From: Eledone cirrhosa
Lineage: Eukaryota
Direction: 5' to 3'
Assembly: GCA_964016885.1 (NCBI GenBank)
Contig: CAXHJY010000162.1
Span: 1-64,000, forward strand
DNA: 64,000 nucleotides
The position numbers and the translations under genes were made by a program. Below the pieces are notes generated by a model, which did no database searches, was not told the DNA's origin, and saw only the letters and a list, made by a program, of their open reading frames with translations. Positions 33,441 through 45,486 of the stretch are shown piece by piece. Position 1 is the first letter of the stretch; every line of letters starts with the position of its first letter.

Positions 33441-36400
33441 GTATATATCTAAGGCGGGTAAAATTCCCGAGATCCATGGACGAGTTCTCTCCAGCGGTGT
33501 CTGTCCCTCATTATCACTGCCATGTCCTGCATCTCCAACAGACCAGTGTCAGTCCTTAGGGCATCAACATACGTTAACCTTGGTCTTCCTCTTCTAGTGT
33601 GTCCATGTAAGGGCTCCCAAAGGAGCACTGAGTACAATGTCAACTCTGGATGTCGGTGAGCATGTCCAGCCAACCTCAGTCTCCTCTGTGTCACTTTTGA
33701 GCTGACTTTTGGGATGCTCCCATACAGCTCTGAGTTTTTCATCCTCAGTGTATACTGATTAATGTTCAGAGCCATCCTCAGCATTCTCGTGTAGCACCCA
33801 TCCACCATCTGAGTGAGTTTCTTGGTCAGTGTCCAAGTCTCAGACCCATACAGCAGCACAGACTCCACTACAGCAATGAAGAGGCGGATTTTCAGGTCTC
33901 TACGAAGGTCCGACTTCCACACCGATCTCAAGCTGTGGCACGCCGCCCAGGCCTTGCTCTTCCTCTCAACCACATCATCTTCCGTATTCCCAATCCTTGC
34001 TCCCAAATACAGGAAGTCCTCAACCAATTCCAGCAGCTTCCCGCCTACATTAGTGATCCCCCTTGGCTTCTCTACCAGATATTTTGTTTTAGTCTCATTC
34101 ATTCTCAGCCCCACACTCATCGACACAGTCTCAACCTCCCGCATCAAATCCTCTGCCTCCTTCACGGTATTTGTCACCAAAACTATGTCGTCGGCAAATT
34201 CAGCATCCGATACCTTTTTCGCCCTAACTCTCCTGCTCTGAGCCGGTGCTACAGTAAAGCCAGAGTCCTGGTGTTTCTCCAGTGCAAGGCGCATACAATA
34301 GTCCACTACAATGATAAAAAGGTAGGGAGCCAATGTATCTCCCTGGAGCACTCCAGCCACTATCTCAAAGAACTCTGTCATCCCATCAGGTGTAATGACT
34401 TGGGCTTTGGTATTGGTGTAGAGCAGTGATATCAGGTCCACTATCTTCTTGGGGATTCCATAAGCCTGTAAGATCTTCATCAGGCAGTAACGGTCCACAG
34501 AATCAAAGGCCTTCCTAAAGTCAATGAAAACCATGACCGCAGGAAGGCACTTTGCTCTAGCTCCCTCTAATATCCTCCTCAGCATCAGGATGTGACTGGT
34601 GGTTGATCTACCCTCTCTGAAGCCGTTCTGGTTGTCCCTGAGCTTCTTCTCCATCTCAGGCTGGATCCTGTTAAGAATCATCCTGTTGAGGGTCTTTGCC
34701 ACAAGTGACGTCAGTGAGATCCCCCGGTAGTTGTTGGTGTTAGAGAGATCTCCCTTCTTTGGCACTGGGACGATGTTACTGATCCTCCACTGATTCGGGG
34801 CAACTCCTTTCTCCAGTGCCCCGTTACAGAACCCCAGGATGATATCATCAAAATCACACCTCTTCATCACCTCTGATGCCACTCCATCTTCTCCATGAGC
34901 CTTGCCCTCCTTGATCCTTTTCTTGGCTCTCTGAAGCTCCTCTCTGGTGAAGGGCTCTGTCTCAACATCCAGTTCCTCAAACAGCCGCCTGATCTCCCCA
35001 GTGCTCTGGGCTGTGGAGAGTGGCTCTCCTAGTAGGGTCCTAAAATGGTCTAGCCATTTCCTCTTCCTATCCTCGGCCCCCGTTCCCTGGATCTGACTCG
35101 AACACCTTCTCTTCCTCCCTATGATCTCGTTGATGATCATCCAGCTCTCCTTACATCCAGATCTGTCAACCGCTCTCTCCGCACTTCTGATCTTCTCTAT
35201 CAGTGCCTCCTCTCTGACCTCAGTGTAAGCGGTACAGAGCTCTTCCCTCATCACCTCCACAGTCTCCATCCTCTCCTCCGTAGGATCAGCATAGAATTGG
35301 TCCCTGGCAGCTTTCAGGTGTTCTCTGGCTGCACACACTTTTGGGTTTGCAGAGCTGACGTGCTTCCCTTTATTCTTTTTCCCCGACACCAGGGTTTCAC
35401 TTGCTTCCGCCACTGCATTGGTGAAGTGCCCGTACCTCCTCGTCACACTCTCCTCAGTCCATCCAATCTCTCTCTCCTCTGACTCTCCACACAGAGCACC
35501 AAACCTGTTTCTCACTTCCACTGTGAACCTCTCCTGTAGCTTATCATCTTCCTTGAAAGCTCCCCAGTCATAGATTGTTCTCCGGGACTGAGCCTTGCTC
35601 TTTCTTAAGCTCACGCGGACCTCACTCATAACAAGCCGGTGGTCACTACCCAGTGTACTGAAATAGCTGTATGGTTCCGTGTTCAGAACACTATTCCGCC
35701 ACTTTTTCCTCACCAGAATGAAATCAATCTGGGACTTGGACAGGTGCATATCTGAGATGTAGGTCCACATCTTCCCCAGATTCTTCCTAAACCTTAGGTT
35801 GGTCGCCATCAAGTTCGCCTCCAGCAGGGTGTCTCTCAGTAGTCTTCCATTTCGGTTGGTGTTGTTATGGAAGTACCAGCAAGGATCTTCACTGCCCTCC
35901 TTACTCAGGTGTGCATTGAAGTCCCCCAAAACAAGCAGGATATTGTGTGCCTGAGTGGTGTTGACAGCTCTACACACCTCCTCATGGAACTCTTCCGCAT
36001 TCACATCGCTGTCCCCCTCGGTTGGACTATAGGCTGAGATGACTGTCAGTCTTGGGTTTCCATTGAAGGTCACCCTCAACACTCGCGGGGAGATAGGCAT
36101 TATTTCCCTCACCAACAGATTGGTTTTTGCACTGAACACAAAACCCACTTCTCCTACTGCAGCATTTGTTGTGTTCTTCACTCCCGATGTAGTGATGAGC
36201 TGGCTCTTCTTCCCAATCATCACACTCCTCACGGGCTCATCGTGTAGAATCCTGTGTTCTTGGATCGCAAGTATCTGTATACCACTCTCCTCGAACAGAT
36301 GTCCCAACTCCTCTCTCTTCTCCAGCGTCCGAATAGTCCTCACATTCAAAGTGCCCATTTTGATGGCTCTTCTGCAGGACAAAACTGCATTCTTTATATT

Positions 36401-36740
36401 TGTCTCAGAGACAGCTGATCCATCATCCACTGGCCCTCTCTGTGGCTCTAAGCCAGCAGAGTCATAACGACCAGGCTGCTCCTTGACAGTGTAATTAGGG
36501 GCTCTAACCCTAGTGCTGTTAGATCGACTCTCCATATTTCTTTTCAATGGCTGACAATACCTTACCGGCGCCACTCGAATAAGGTAGTTATTTAACCCAT
36601 AAATGGAGCCCTAACAGGTACTACCACCCCGGGCCAGGGTAGACCTGGGAGTCATGACAACTAAGGGGTAACTCCACATTCCTCACATCTCCTGAACTCC
36701 CGAACTGGAGCCTTGCCACTGGATGTAGTTTAATGTCATA
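33441..36740 (-). mobile_element. Apparently full-length RTE-group LINE in TA-rich site
   Basis: GC-rich ~200-nt 5' UTR, single ORF, stop codon immediately followed by TA repeats. Confidence 0.88.
33449..36574 (-). CDS. Intact ORF of RTE-group LINE: APE endonuclease + reverse transcriptase (first ATG 36535)
   Basis: 1041 aa open; EN motifs GTLNV, IQE, GDFNA, IDF, SDH; RT motifs YRGISL, QNGFR, FIDFRKAFDSV, GVLQGD, FADD, YLG. Confidence 0.95.
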   Translation of the reverse strand: MAPVRYCQPLKRNMESRSNSTRVRAPNYTVKEQPGRYDSAGLEPQRGPVDDGSAVSETNIKNAVLSCRRAIKMGTLNVRTIRTLEKREELGHLFEESGIQILAIQEHRILHDEPVRSVMIGKKSQLITTSGVKNTTNAAVGEVGFVFSAKTNLLVREIMPISPRVLRVTFNGNPRLTVISAYSPTEGDSDVNAEEFHEEVCRAVNTTQAHNILLVLGDFNAHLSKEGSEDPCWYFHNNTNRNGRLLRDTLLEANLMATNLRFRKNLGKMWTYISDMHLSKSQIDFILVRKKWRNSVLNTEPYSYFSTLGSDHRLVMSEVRVSLRKSKAQSRRTIYDWGAFKEDDKLQERFTVEVRNRFGALCGESEEREIGWTEESVTRRYGHFTNAVAEASETLVSGKKNKGKHVSSANPKVCAAREHLKAARDQFYADPTEERMETVEVMREELCTAYTEVREEALIEKIRSAERAVDRSGCKESWMIINEIIGRKRRCSSQIQGTGAEDRKRKWLDHFRTLLGEPLSTAQSTGEIRRLFEELDVETEPFTREELQRAKKRIKEGKAHGEDGVASEVMKRCDFDDIILGFCNGALEKGVAPNQWRISNIVPVPKKGDLSNTNNYRGISLTSLVAKTLNRMILNRIQPEMEKKLRDNQNGFREGRSTTSHILMLRRILEGARAKCLPAVMVFIDFRKAFDSVDRYCLMKILQAYGIPKKIVDLISLLYTNTKAQVITPDGMTEFFEIVAGVLQGDTLAPYLFIIVVDYCMRLALEKHQDSGFTVAPAQSRRVRAKKVSDAEFADDIVLVTNTVKEAEDLMREVETVSMSVGLRMNETKTKYLVEKPRGITNVGGKLLELVEDFLYLGARIGNTEDDVVERKSKAWAACHSLRSVWKSDLRRDLKIRLFIAVVESVLLYGSETWTLTKKLTQMVDGCYTRMLRMALNINQYTLRMKNSELYGSIPKVSSKVTQRRLRLAGHAHRHPELTLYSVLLWEPLHGHTRRGRPRLTYVDALRTDTGLLEMQDMAVIMRDRHRWRELVHGSREFYPP

Positions 36741-36791
36741 TATATATATGTATATATATATAAATATATATTTATTAAAATAACAGATTAA

Positions 36792-36842
36792 AGTTTAAGC
36801 AAAGAATCGCTGCTTTCACCCTTAACGGGATCTTCTGAAACT
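36792..36842 (-). ncRNA. Hammerhead-like motif family C (CAGAAGA core variant), mirror copy
   Basis: Reverse complement of 39010-39060. Confidence 0.5.
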
Positions 36843-37153
36843 AACAAAGTCAATCTGTGAACGCAGAAGGGAATATTTCAAAAAACGTTGCAACCGGAGG
36901 AAGACAGGAAGACGATACTTTGGTTCGTGGAAACGTTCCCTGGCAAAGAACGGGAAAAAACGAATATAATACGTCATTAATAGGAGCGGTGAAAAACAAT
37001 TACACGCAAAGACAGAACCACGTTTATGGTATAAAAGAGGTCGTAGACTAATGTTCTCTTAGGTGGTTCATAGAGACGTTCTCTGGCAATGAACGGAAAA
37101 AACGAAGATAATACGTCATATGTGGAGCGTAGAGAACAATTATGTGTATATAT

Positions 37154-37284
<131 letters not shown>

Positions 37285-37408
37285 GAAAACGAAAAATCAG
37301 TGATGCATCTGAACGCAATTCGTTTTCCATTCTATCATACTCTGCTCTATAAGAGCATAGAGTGCTCAACTGGCATACCACATATGGAAGCATCTTAGCT
37401 ACCATCAG

Positions 37409-37451
<43 letters not shown>

Positions 37452-37478
37452 GCCTGGATATATATATATGTATATATA

Positions 37479-37527
<49 letters not shown>

Positions 37528-37775
37528 GGAAAAAATGATACGAAATTTCATTCCCCACTCTTAGTACGGCTGTTACCTAAATATAAGTATGTACACGTAC
37601 ATACATATATGTATACAGACGTACAGTAGTATGTATGTATATATATATACATACATGCACACATATATACATGTACGTATGGATTCACCGAACATTTATT
37701 ATAATGCTCGGTGTGTTTGTAAACAAACATCCCGAATTAAGCCGTAGTGTCTAGCAACCATCGTTGCAACCATCG

Positions 37776-37853
<78 letters not shown>

Positions 37854-38079
37854 CTATTGTACGTCTGTATACATATATGTATGTACGTATACATACTTAT
37901 ATTTAAGTAACAGCCGTACTAAGAGTAAGAAATGAAATTTCGTTTCATTTTTTCCGTTTATCGTTTTCGGTGCACCCGGCCGATTAACTCACTCGATATG
38001 CAAATTAGGCTGCTCAGCCGTTAATATGCATAAGGAAAGTATATACTTTCAGACGTTCAATTATCTGGCAGGAAGGTAT

Positions 38080-38122
38080 ACGTTGCTGACGATAGCTAAT
38101 AAGCTTGAAACTCGTACAGCGT
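38080..38122 (+). ncRNA. Minimal type I hammerhead, family A
   Basis: acgttg CTGACGA t agct aata agct t GAAA ctcg TA cagcgt. Confidence 0.72.
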
Positions 38123-39009
38123 TCCTTTGTCAGTGTTGAACAAAAGAGCAACGATGGTTGCTAGACACTGTACGGCTTAATTCGGGATGTTTGTTTACAA
38201 ACACACCGAGCATTATAATAAATGTTCGATGAATCCATATGTACATATATATATGTGTGCATGTATTTATATATATATACATACTACTGTACGTCTGTAT
38301 ACATATATGTATGTACGTATACATACTTATATTTAGGTAACAGCCGTACTAAGAGTGAGAAATGAAATTTCGTTTCATTTTTTCCGTTTATATATATATA
38401 TTATTCCGTTTATATATAATAATGAAATATTTATTTAATTATTTATTTATTTGTATACGCGCACACACACACACACACACACACATATTTATATGTGCTT
38501 GTTTTGTACACCTATGGCGAGTGTTTTCGCGTATGCTTGTGTATGTACGTATTTGCATGCGCGTATGTATTTATTTAATTTCAATTACCTCTGTATTGTA
38601 TTTTATTTACTTTATTCTTAACTCTGAAGCGGAAAATAATTCGGTTTCCTAGTTAGAATTTTAGTCTACGACTTCAGCTATACCATTTACGTGGTTTTGT
38701 CTTTGCGTGCAATTTTTCTCCAGGCTCCACATATGACGTATTATCTTCGTTTTTTCCGTTCATTGCCAGAGAACGTCTCTATGAACCACCTAAGAGAACA
38801 TTAGTCTACGACTTCTTTTATACCATAAACGTGGTTCTGTCTTTGCGTGTAATTGTTTTTCACCGCTCCTATTAATGACGTATTATAGTCGTTTTTTCCT
38901 GTTCTTTGCCAGGGAACGTTTCCACGAACCAAAGTATCGTCTTCCTGTCTTCCTCCGGTTGCAACGTTTTTTGAAATATTCCCTTCTGCGTTCACAGATT
39001 GACTTTGTT

Positions 39010-39060
39010 AGTTTCAGAAGATCCCGTTAAGGGTGAAAGCAGCGATTCTTTGCTTAAACT
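39010..39060 (+). ncRNA. Hammerhead-like motif family C (U4->A core variant)
   Basis: agttt CAGAAGA t ccc gttaa ggg t GAAA gcag cgattct ttgc TT aaact; stems I, II and III all pair. Confidence 0.55.
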
Positions 39061-39119
39061 TTAATCTGTTATTTTAATAAATATATATTTATATATATAT
39101 ATATACATACACACACACG

Positions 39120-39150
<31 letters not shown>

Positions 39151-39153
<3 letters not shown>

Positions 39154-39476
39154 CCAAAGATTAATATGGTTCAATGAATATAGTTTTACAATAGATTAAA
39201 AGCACTCTACATTTAAGTTTTCTGGAGTTATTAATATTATTCAAAATATTAATAAATGAAGACATTCACATAATCAAAATATATGTTTTATTAGATATGT
39301 TTTATTATATATGTTTTATTATATATGTTTTATTATATATGTTTTATTATATATGTTTTATTATATATATGACGAAGACGTATTGAAAAAACAGCACCGT
39401 ACCTTCGAAATATATATAAAAAAACCATATATTTTGATTATGTGAATGACTTTATTTATTATTATTTTGAATAATA
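39151..39476. repeat. Degenerate fold-back element, family D
   Basis: Inverted arms ~39233-39293 / ~39415-39475, decayed hammerhead ~39365-39425, 14-bp tandem 'atatatgttttatt'; homologous to 47969-48080 and 51195-51621. Confidence 0.6.
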
Positions 39477-39700
39477 TACATATGTATATATATATATATA
39501 TATATAGCCTAGATATATATGTATATATATTTGTGTTTATAAATATATATATGTATATATATGTGTATATAAATATATATGCGTATATATATATATGTAT
39601 ATATATACATATATATATACACACACACATATATATATATATATACATATATATATACACACACACATATATATATATACATATATATATATATACATAT

Positions 39701-40496
39701 CTAAGGCGAGTAAAATTCCCGAGATCCATGGACGAGTTCACTCCAGCGGTCTCTGTCCCTCATTATCGCTGCCATGTCCTGCGTCTCCAACAGACCAGTG
39801 TCTGTCCTTAGGGCATCAACATACGTTAACCTTGGTCTTCCTCTTCTAGTGTGTCCATGTAGGGGCTCCCAAAGGAGCACTGAGTGCAATGTCAACTCTG
39901 GATGTCGGTGAGCATGTCCAGCTAACCTCAGTCTCCTCTATGTCACTTTTGAGCTGATTTTTGGGATGCTCCCATACAGCTCTGAGTTTTTCATCCTCAG
40001 TGTATACTGATTAATGTTCAGAGCCATCCTCAGCATTCTCGTGTACCACCCATCCACCATCTGAGTGAGTTTCTTGGTCATCAGGTATCGGATGCTGAAT
40101 TTGCCGACGACATAGTTTTGGTGACAAATACAGTGAAGGAGGCAGAGGATTTGATGCGGGAGGTTGAGACTGTGTCGATGAGTGTGGGGCTGAGAATGAA
40201 TGAAACTAAAACAAAATATCTGGCAGAGAATGTTGAGAAGCCAAAGGGGTTCACTAATGTAGGCGGGAAGCCGCTAGAATTGGTTGAGGGCTTCCTGTAT
40301 TTGGGAGCAAAGATTGGGAATACGGAAGATGATGTGGTTGAGAGGAAGAGCAAGGCCTGGGCGGCGTGCCACAGCTTGAGATCGGTGTGGAAGTCGGACC
40401 TTCGTAGAGACCTGAAAATCCGCCTCTTCATTGCTTTAGTGGAGTCTGTGCTGCTGTATGGGTCTGAGACTTGGACACTGACCAAGAAACTCACTC

Positions 40497-40499
<3 letters not shown>
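39701..40499 (-). mobile_element. 5'-truncated, 5'-inverted copy of the 33441-36740 LINE
   Basis: 39701-40080 equals 33449-33829 (same orientation); 40083-40499 is the reverse complement of ~33807-34215. Confidence 0.92.
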
Positions 40500-40534
<35 letters not shown>

Positions 40535-41127
40535 TGGCTGCCAACTCGTTTTCGAGTACGGCCACTACTTTATATCCATGTAGGAGAACCCCTACCGATG
40601 CGCTGAACGAGTGTGACTTTTTAGTTCAGCCAGTGACTTGAAAACTCTAGTACAAACACTACACTTATGACAATTATTGGGCCCATAGTACCATGTAACG
40701 ACAAGTGCAGAGAGATCTCCAGATATAAAGCAATGCCTGTGCTGTGAAGCTTTTATAGTGAGCAAAGGCACTGCACAAAGCCAGTCCCACTCTCTCAACC
40801 AGGATGATATTTACCAAAAAGAAGAACAAGTCAACATCATTGGATACCATCAGGGTTGCGGGTGTTATATCAGAGTTTTCCTTCTAGAATTCTGCCTTGA
40901 CAATGGCTAAGGGGTCATCTCTCCCGATGATTTTGGATGACCATTGACTCTTAAGAGCTCCTTTGCCCTTTGACAGGTTTTGTTTTTAGTCCTGCGGGAT
41001 GTCCAAAGTCACCCTACTCACCAAGAAACCTTGGTGGGGTTGCCAGTTTAGTCGCCAACGATCCGACCATGAGACAGGTTGTACTGGGATACATGTTACC
41101 AGTAGCACCAACTGGTGACCTGACATA

Positions 41128-41158
<31 letters not shown>

Positions 41159-41240
41159 CATGCATACATATATATATGCATATATATATGCATATATATA
41201 TATATATATATATATGCATATATATATATATATATATATA

Positions 41241-41390
<150 letters not shown>

Positions 41391-41397
41391 AAAATGC

Positions 41398-41454
<57 letters not shown>

Positions 41455-41458
41455 TATA

Positions 41459-41691
41459 TATAAATTAATAAAAATAATGAATAAACAAAGAAACAGTTCC
41501 TTATATTAAAAAATTCTATAAGGAACTGTTTCTTTGTTTATTCATTATTTTTATTAATTTATCTTGACTCTGTTTTCCTGTATTTTTCAGCGAAAACAAT
41601 TTTTGAATACATCTTCTCTTTTCATGATATTCGGATTACATTGAGTTTTTCATACGGATTGGACACTACCGTACATTTTGGTAGATTTATC

Positions 41692-41693
<2 letters not shown>
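41459..41693. repeat. Short fold-back of family B plus tail
   Basis: ~46-bp perfect hairpin arms; tail 'cttgactctg...catacggattggacactaccgt..ggtagatttatcta' as at 30964-31095. Confidence 0.8.
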
Positions 41694-41728
<35 letters not shown>

Positions 41729-41793
41729 TTTGCAACGGGTGATATTTTTGCAACGGTATATATTTTATTTGCTGATTCTATAGACATATTTTA

Positions 41794-41930
<137 letters not shown>

Positions 41931-42078
41931 AATTTATCTCATTCCTTGTATTTTGATCATGCTTTATTTTTATTTTTATCTTTATTTTTTATTTTTTCAT
42001 TCGCACCGTTTCCTTTCGCTATATGTCTCTCCACCACTCCCCTACACACCCTTTGAACTCTGTTCCCACACACTTCTC

Positions 42079-42110
42079 ACCTGAGGAAGGGCTTATGCCC
42101 GAAACGTCGT
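42079..42110 (+). ncRNA. Minimal hammerhead core with weak stem I
   Basis: ac CTGAGGA a gggc ttat gccc GAAAC GTC gt; related deleted copy at ~31160-31300 (minus). Confidence 0.45.
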
Positions 42111-42197
42111 CCCCCACCAACACCCCACTCTCCAGAGCGTGAAATTAATAAACATTCGTTGTACTGCTCTCTGTTTTGTCCCTGTTCAAATTTTTCC

Positions 42198-42287
<90 letters not shown>

Positions 42288-42303
42288 CATATATATATAT
42301 GCA

Positions 42304-42385
<82 letters not shown>

Positions 42386-42392
42386 TATATAT

Positions 42393-43506
42393 CATCATCA
42401 TCATCATCTTCGTTTAAGGTCCATCTTCCACGCTCGCATGGGTTAGACGGGAGTTGTCTCACTTGAAGCAAGGTTGGTCGGGTGACCGTGTCTCGCTCAT
42501 ATAGGACTATCTGGCAGGTTTTCTACGGCTGGATGCCCTTCCTAACACCAACCACATTTACAGTGTAGAACTGGGAACATTTTACCGTGTTACCTACACG
42601 ACCACATTACAGCGTGGACTGTGTGCTTTTTTTTTCTGTCGTGACACCTACACGATCTCGATCTCGATCTCATTATCTCATTTATTTGGACTGGATGTTG
42701 TGGTACCAACTTTACAGAGAGAGGGTGATGTTAGTGGGAGTGGGAGGATAGGGTAGGGGCAGTGGATTGGGGTGCATATTTGGTTACGAGGTGCCTTCTG
42801 ACTGTAGGTTTCACTTTGTACATGGGCAAGGCGGGTCTTCTGTATTACTGCGTAGCGCCAAAGATCTCGGTCCAGTGACATTGTCTTAGAGAGGTGCAAG
42901 TGTGTAAGGTCGGAATTTATCAAATTGTACTTGGTTTTTCTGGGTCTACCTACTCCGAAACTACCATCAATGTCAATGTTGATGCCCTGCTTTTTTCTAT
43001 ACAGCTGTCGTCTTTCATGCGCATCACGTGACCATACCAACGTAGTCTTCTCTCAAGTAAACAGCATCTGATCCCTCTTATCCCTAACTTCTCACTTAGT
43101 TCATTTATGCTTTGCCGTTCACGTATATTATTCTTACACATCCAACAGAGCATGCATGCTTCGTTCCTTTCCAGTTTGCGCAGGTCCTCTGCACGCAACA
43201 CCCATGTCTCACTGCCATGTAACATTGCTGTTCGTATACAGGCATCATACAATCTGCCTTTCATTTTTAGAGAGAAACCTTTTGTGGCCAACAGCGGTAT
43301 TAGCTCTCTGAACTTTTTCCATCCCGTTCTAACTCTGGCTACTGTACTTTCAGAGCACCCTCCACCACTGCTGATTTTGTCACCCAGGTAACGGAAAGTG
43401 TCCACTATTTCTATAGAACCATCTGGGCAATAGAAAGAGCTAGTATCATGTGGGCACTTGCTACTTATTGCACCTGAGCATCGGTCACATATAAAATCTA
43501 TGTTCT
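42393..43506 (-). mobile_element. 5'-truncated RTE-clade LINE (same family as 11036-12288)
   Basis: ORF 43519-42950 highly similar to 11198-11932; (GAT)n tail. Confidence 0.92.
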
Positions 43507-43619
43507 TGTAAATGACCAAGTTAGCTAGATTGAAATATACTAATAATAATATTACAGTTTGCCTATCTTGACTTAAGATAATAAATCAACAAAAACAAGT
43601 TGTATTGGCAATGGCCGTG

Positions 43620-43748
43620 GTGCTTGGACAAATTTAAATTTCAAAATCAAGCCTGTTCCGTAGACAGGTTTAAACCTTAAAATCCAAATATGTTTCGAAT
43701 AATGAAAAAGTGGAAGAAATACCGCATTTTGATCTCCTCAGCAAGCAC
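43620..43748 (-). ncRNA. Type I hammerhead family E, inverted copy
   Basis: Reverse complement of 43967-44095. Confidence 0.8.
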
Positions 43749-43966
43749 TATAAAAATTGGTATATTCCACTTCAAAATATTTAGAAAGACTGTTTAGCGC
43801 AAGAGGTAATTTCCTTCGTTGAGCTGAATTTAGCCCCATACGAATGGCTGTTATTTCTAGCAGCACGAGTATGTGACTAGCTAGACACTGGATAACCGCG
43901 TGAAATTACCTCGTGCGCTAAACAGTCTTTCTAAATATTTTGAAGTGGAACATACCAATTTTTATA

Positions 43967-44095
43967 GTGCTTGCTGAGGAGATCAAAATGCGGTATTTCT
44001 TCCACTTTTTCATTATTCGAAACATATTTGGATTTTAAGGTTTAAACCTGTCTACGGAACAGGTTTGATTTTGAAATTTAAATTTGTCCAAGCAC
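43967..44095 (+). ncRNA. Type I hammerhead family E with long stem III, copy 1
   Basis: gtgcttg CTGAGGA g..c GAAA c[~28-bp stem III]GTC caagcac; predicted cleavage after 44088. Confidence 0.82.
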
Positions 44096-44515
44096 CACGG
44101 CCATTGCCAATACAATTTGTTTTTGTTAATTTATTATCTTAAGTCAAGATAGGCAAACTGTAATATTATTATTAGTATATTTCAATCTAGCTAACTTGGT
44201 CATTTACAATACAAACATGAATATGTTGGTATTTGTGTTTATCAAATATATTAATTTATATTAACCTGTATTACACGGCTCAGAAATACTCTTTCTTTGA
44301 GCTATTTCATTGTAAAAGACTGCCTGAGATTTGAACTCATTATTATTGATTTATCACTGCTCCTTCGTTGAGCTGAATTTAGCCCCATACAAATGGCTGT
44401 TATTTCTAGCAGCACGAGTATGTGACTAGCTAGACACTGGATAACCGCGTGAAATTACCTCGTGCGCTAAACAGTCTTTCTAAATATTTTGAAGTGGAAC
44501 ATACCAATTTTTATA

Positions 44516-44644
44516 GTGCTTGCTGAGGAGATCAAAATGCGGTATTTCTTCCACTTTATTATTATTCGAAACATATTTGGATTTTAAGGTTTAAACCTGT
44601 CTACGGAACAGGTTTGATTTTGACATTTAAATTTGTCCAAGCAC
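44516..44644 (+). ncRNA. Type I hammerhead family E, copy 2
   Basis: Same fold; predicted cleavage after 44637. Confidence 0.82.
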
Positions 44645-45062
44645 CACGGCCATTGCCAAACAATTTGTTTTTGTTGATTTATTATCTTAAGTAAGATAGG
44701 CAAACTGTAATATTATTATTAGTATATTTCAATCTAGTTAACTTGGTCATTTACAATACAAACATGAATATGTTGGTATTTGTGTTTATCAAATATATTA
44801 ATTTATATTAACCTGTATTACACGGCTCAGAAATACTCTTTCTTTGAGCTATTTCATTGTAAAAGACTGCCTGAGATTTGAACTCATTATTATTGATTTA
44901 TCACTGCTCCTTCGTTGAGCTGAATTTAGCCCCATACAAATGGCTGTTATTTCTAGCAGCACGAGTATGTGACTAGCTAGACACTAGATAACCGCGTGAA
45001 ATTACCTCGTGCGCTAAACAGTCTTTCTAAATATTTTGAAGTGGAACATACCAATTTCTATA

Positions 45063-45191
45063 GTGCTTGCTGAGGAGATCAAAATGCGGTATTTCTTCCA
45101 CTTTTTCATTATTCGAAACATATTTGGATTTTAAGGTTTAAACCTGTCTACGGAACAGGTTTGATTTTGAAATTTAAATTTGTCCAAGCAC
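45063..45191 (+). ncRNA. Type I hammerhead family E, copy 3
   Basis: Same fold; predicted cleavage after 45184. Confidence 0.82.
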
Positions 45192-45355
45192 CACGGCCAT
45201 TGCCAATACAATTTGTTTTTGTTGATTTATTATCTTAAGTAGGCAAACTGTAATATTATTATTAGTATATTTCAATCTAGCTAACTTGGTCATTTACAAT
45301 ACAAACATGAATATGTTGGTATTTGTGTTTATCAAATATATTAATTTATATTAAC

Positions 45356-45417
<62 letters not shown>

Positions 45418-45433
45418 ATAGAAATATATGCAT

Positions 45434-45480
<47 letters not shown>

Positions 45481-45486
<6 letters not shown>

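Larger units (their letters stand above)
43507..45359 (+). mobile_element. Retrozyme-like tandem array of ~548-bp non-coding units with inverted leading copy (family E)
   Basis: Unit starts at ~43812, 44361, 44908; 43507-43813 is an inverted partial unit; one hammerhead per unit. Confidence 0.85.

Noticed and set aside
33813-36467. Plus-strand ORFs overlapping the LINE
   Set aside because: Antisense shadow frames of the EN+RT ORF
36575-36740. Possible HDV-like ribozyme in the LINE 5' UTR
   Set aside because: A P1-like pairing (ggctcca/tggagtt) exists but no P3/L3 or P1.1 elements could be placed
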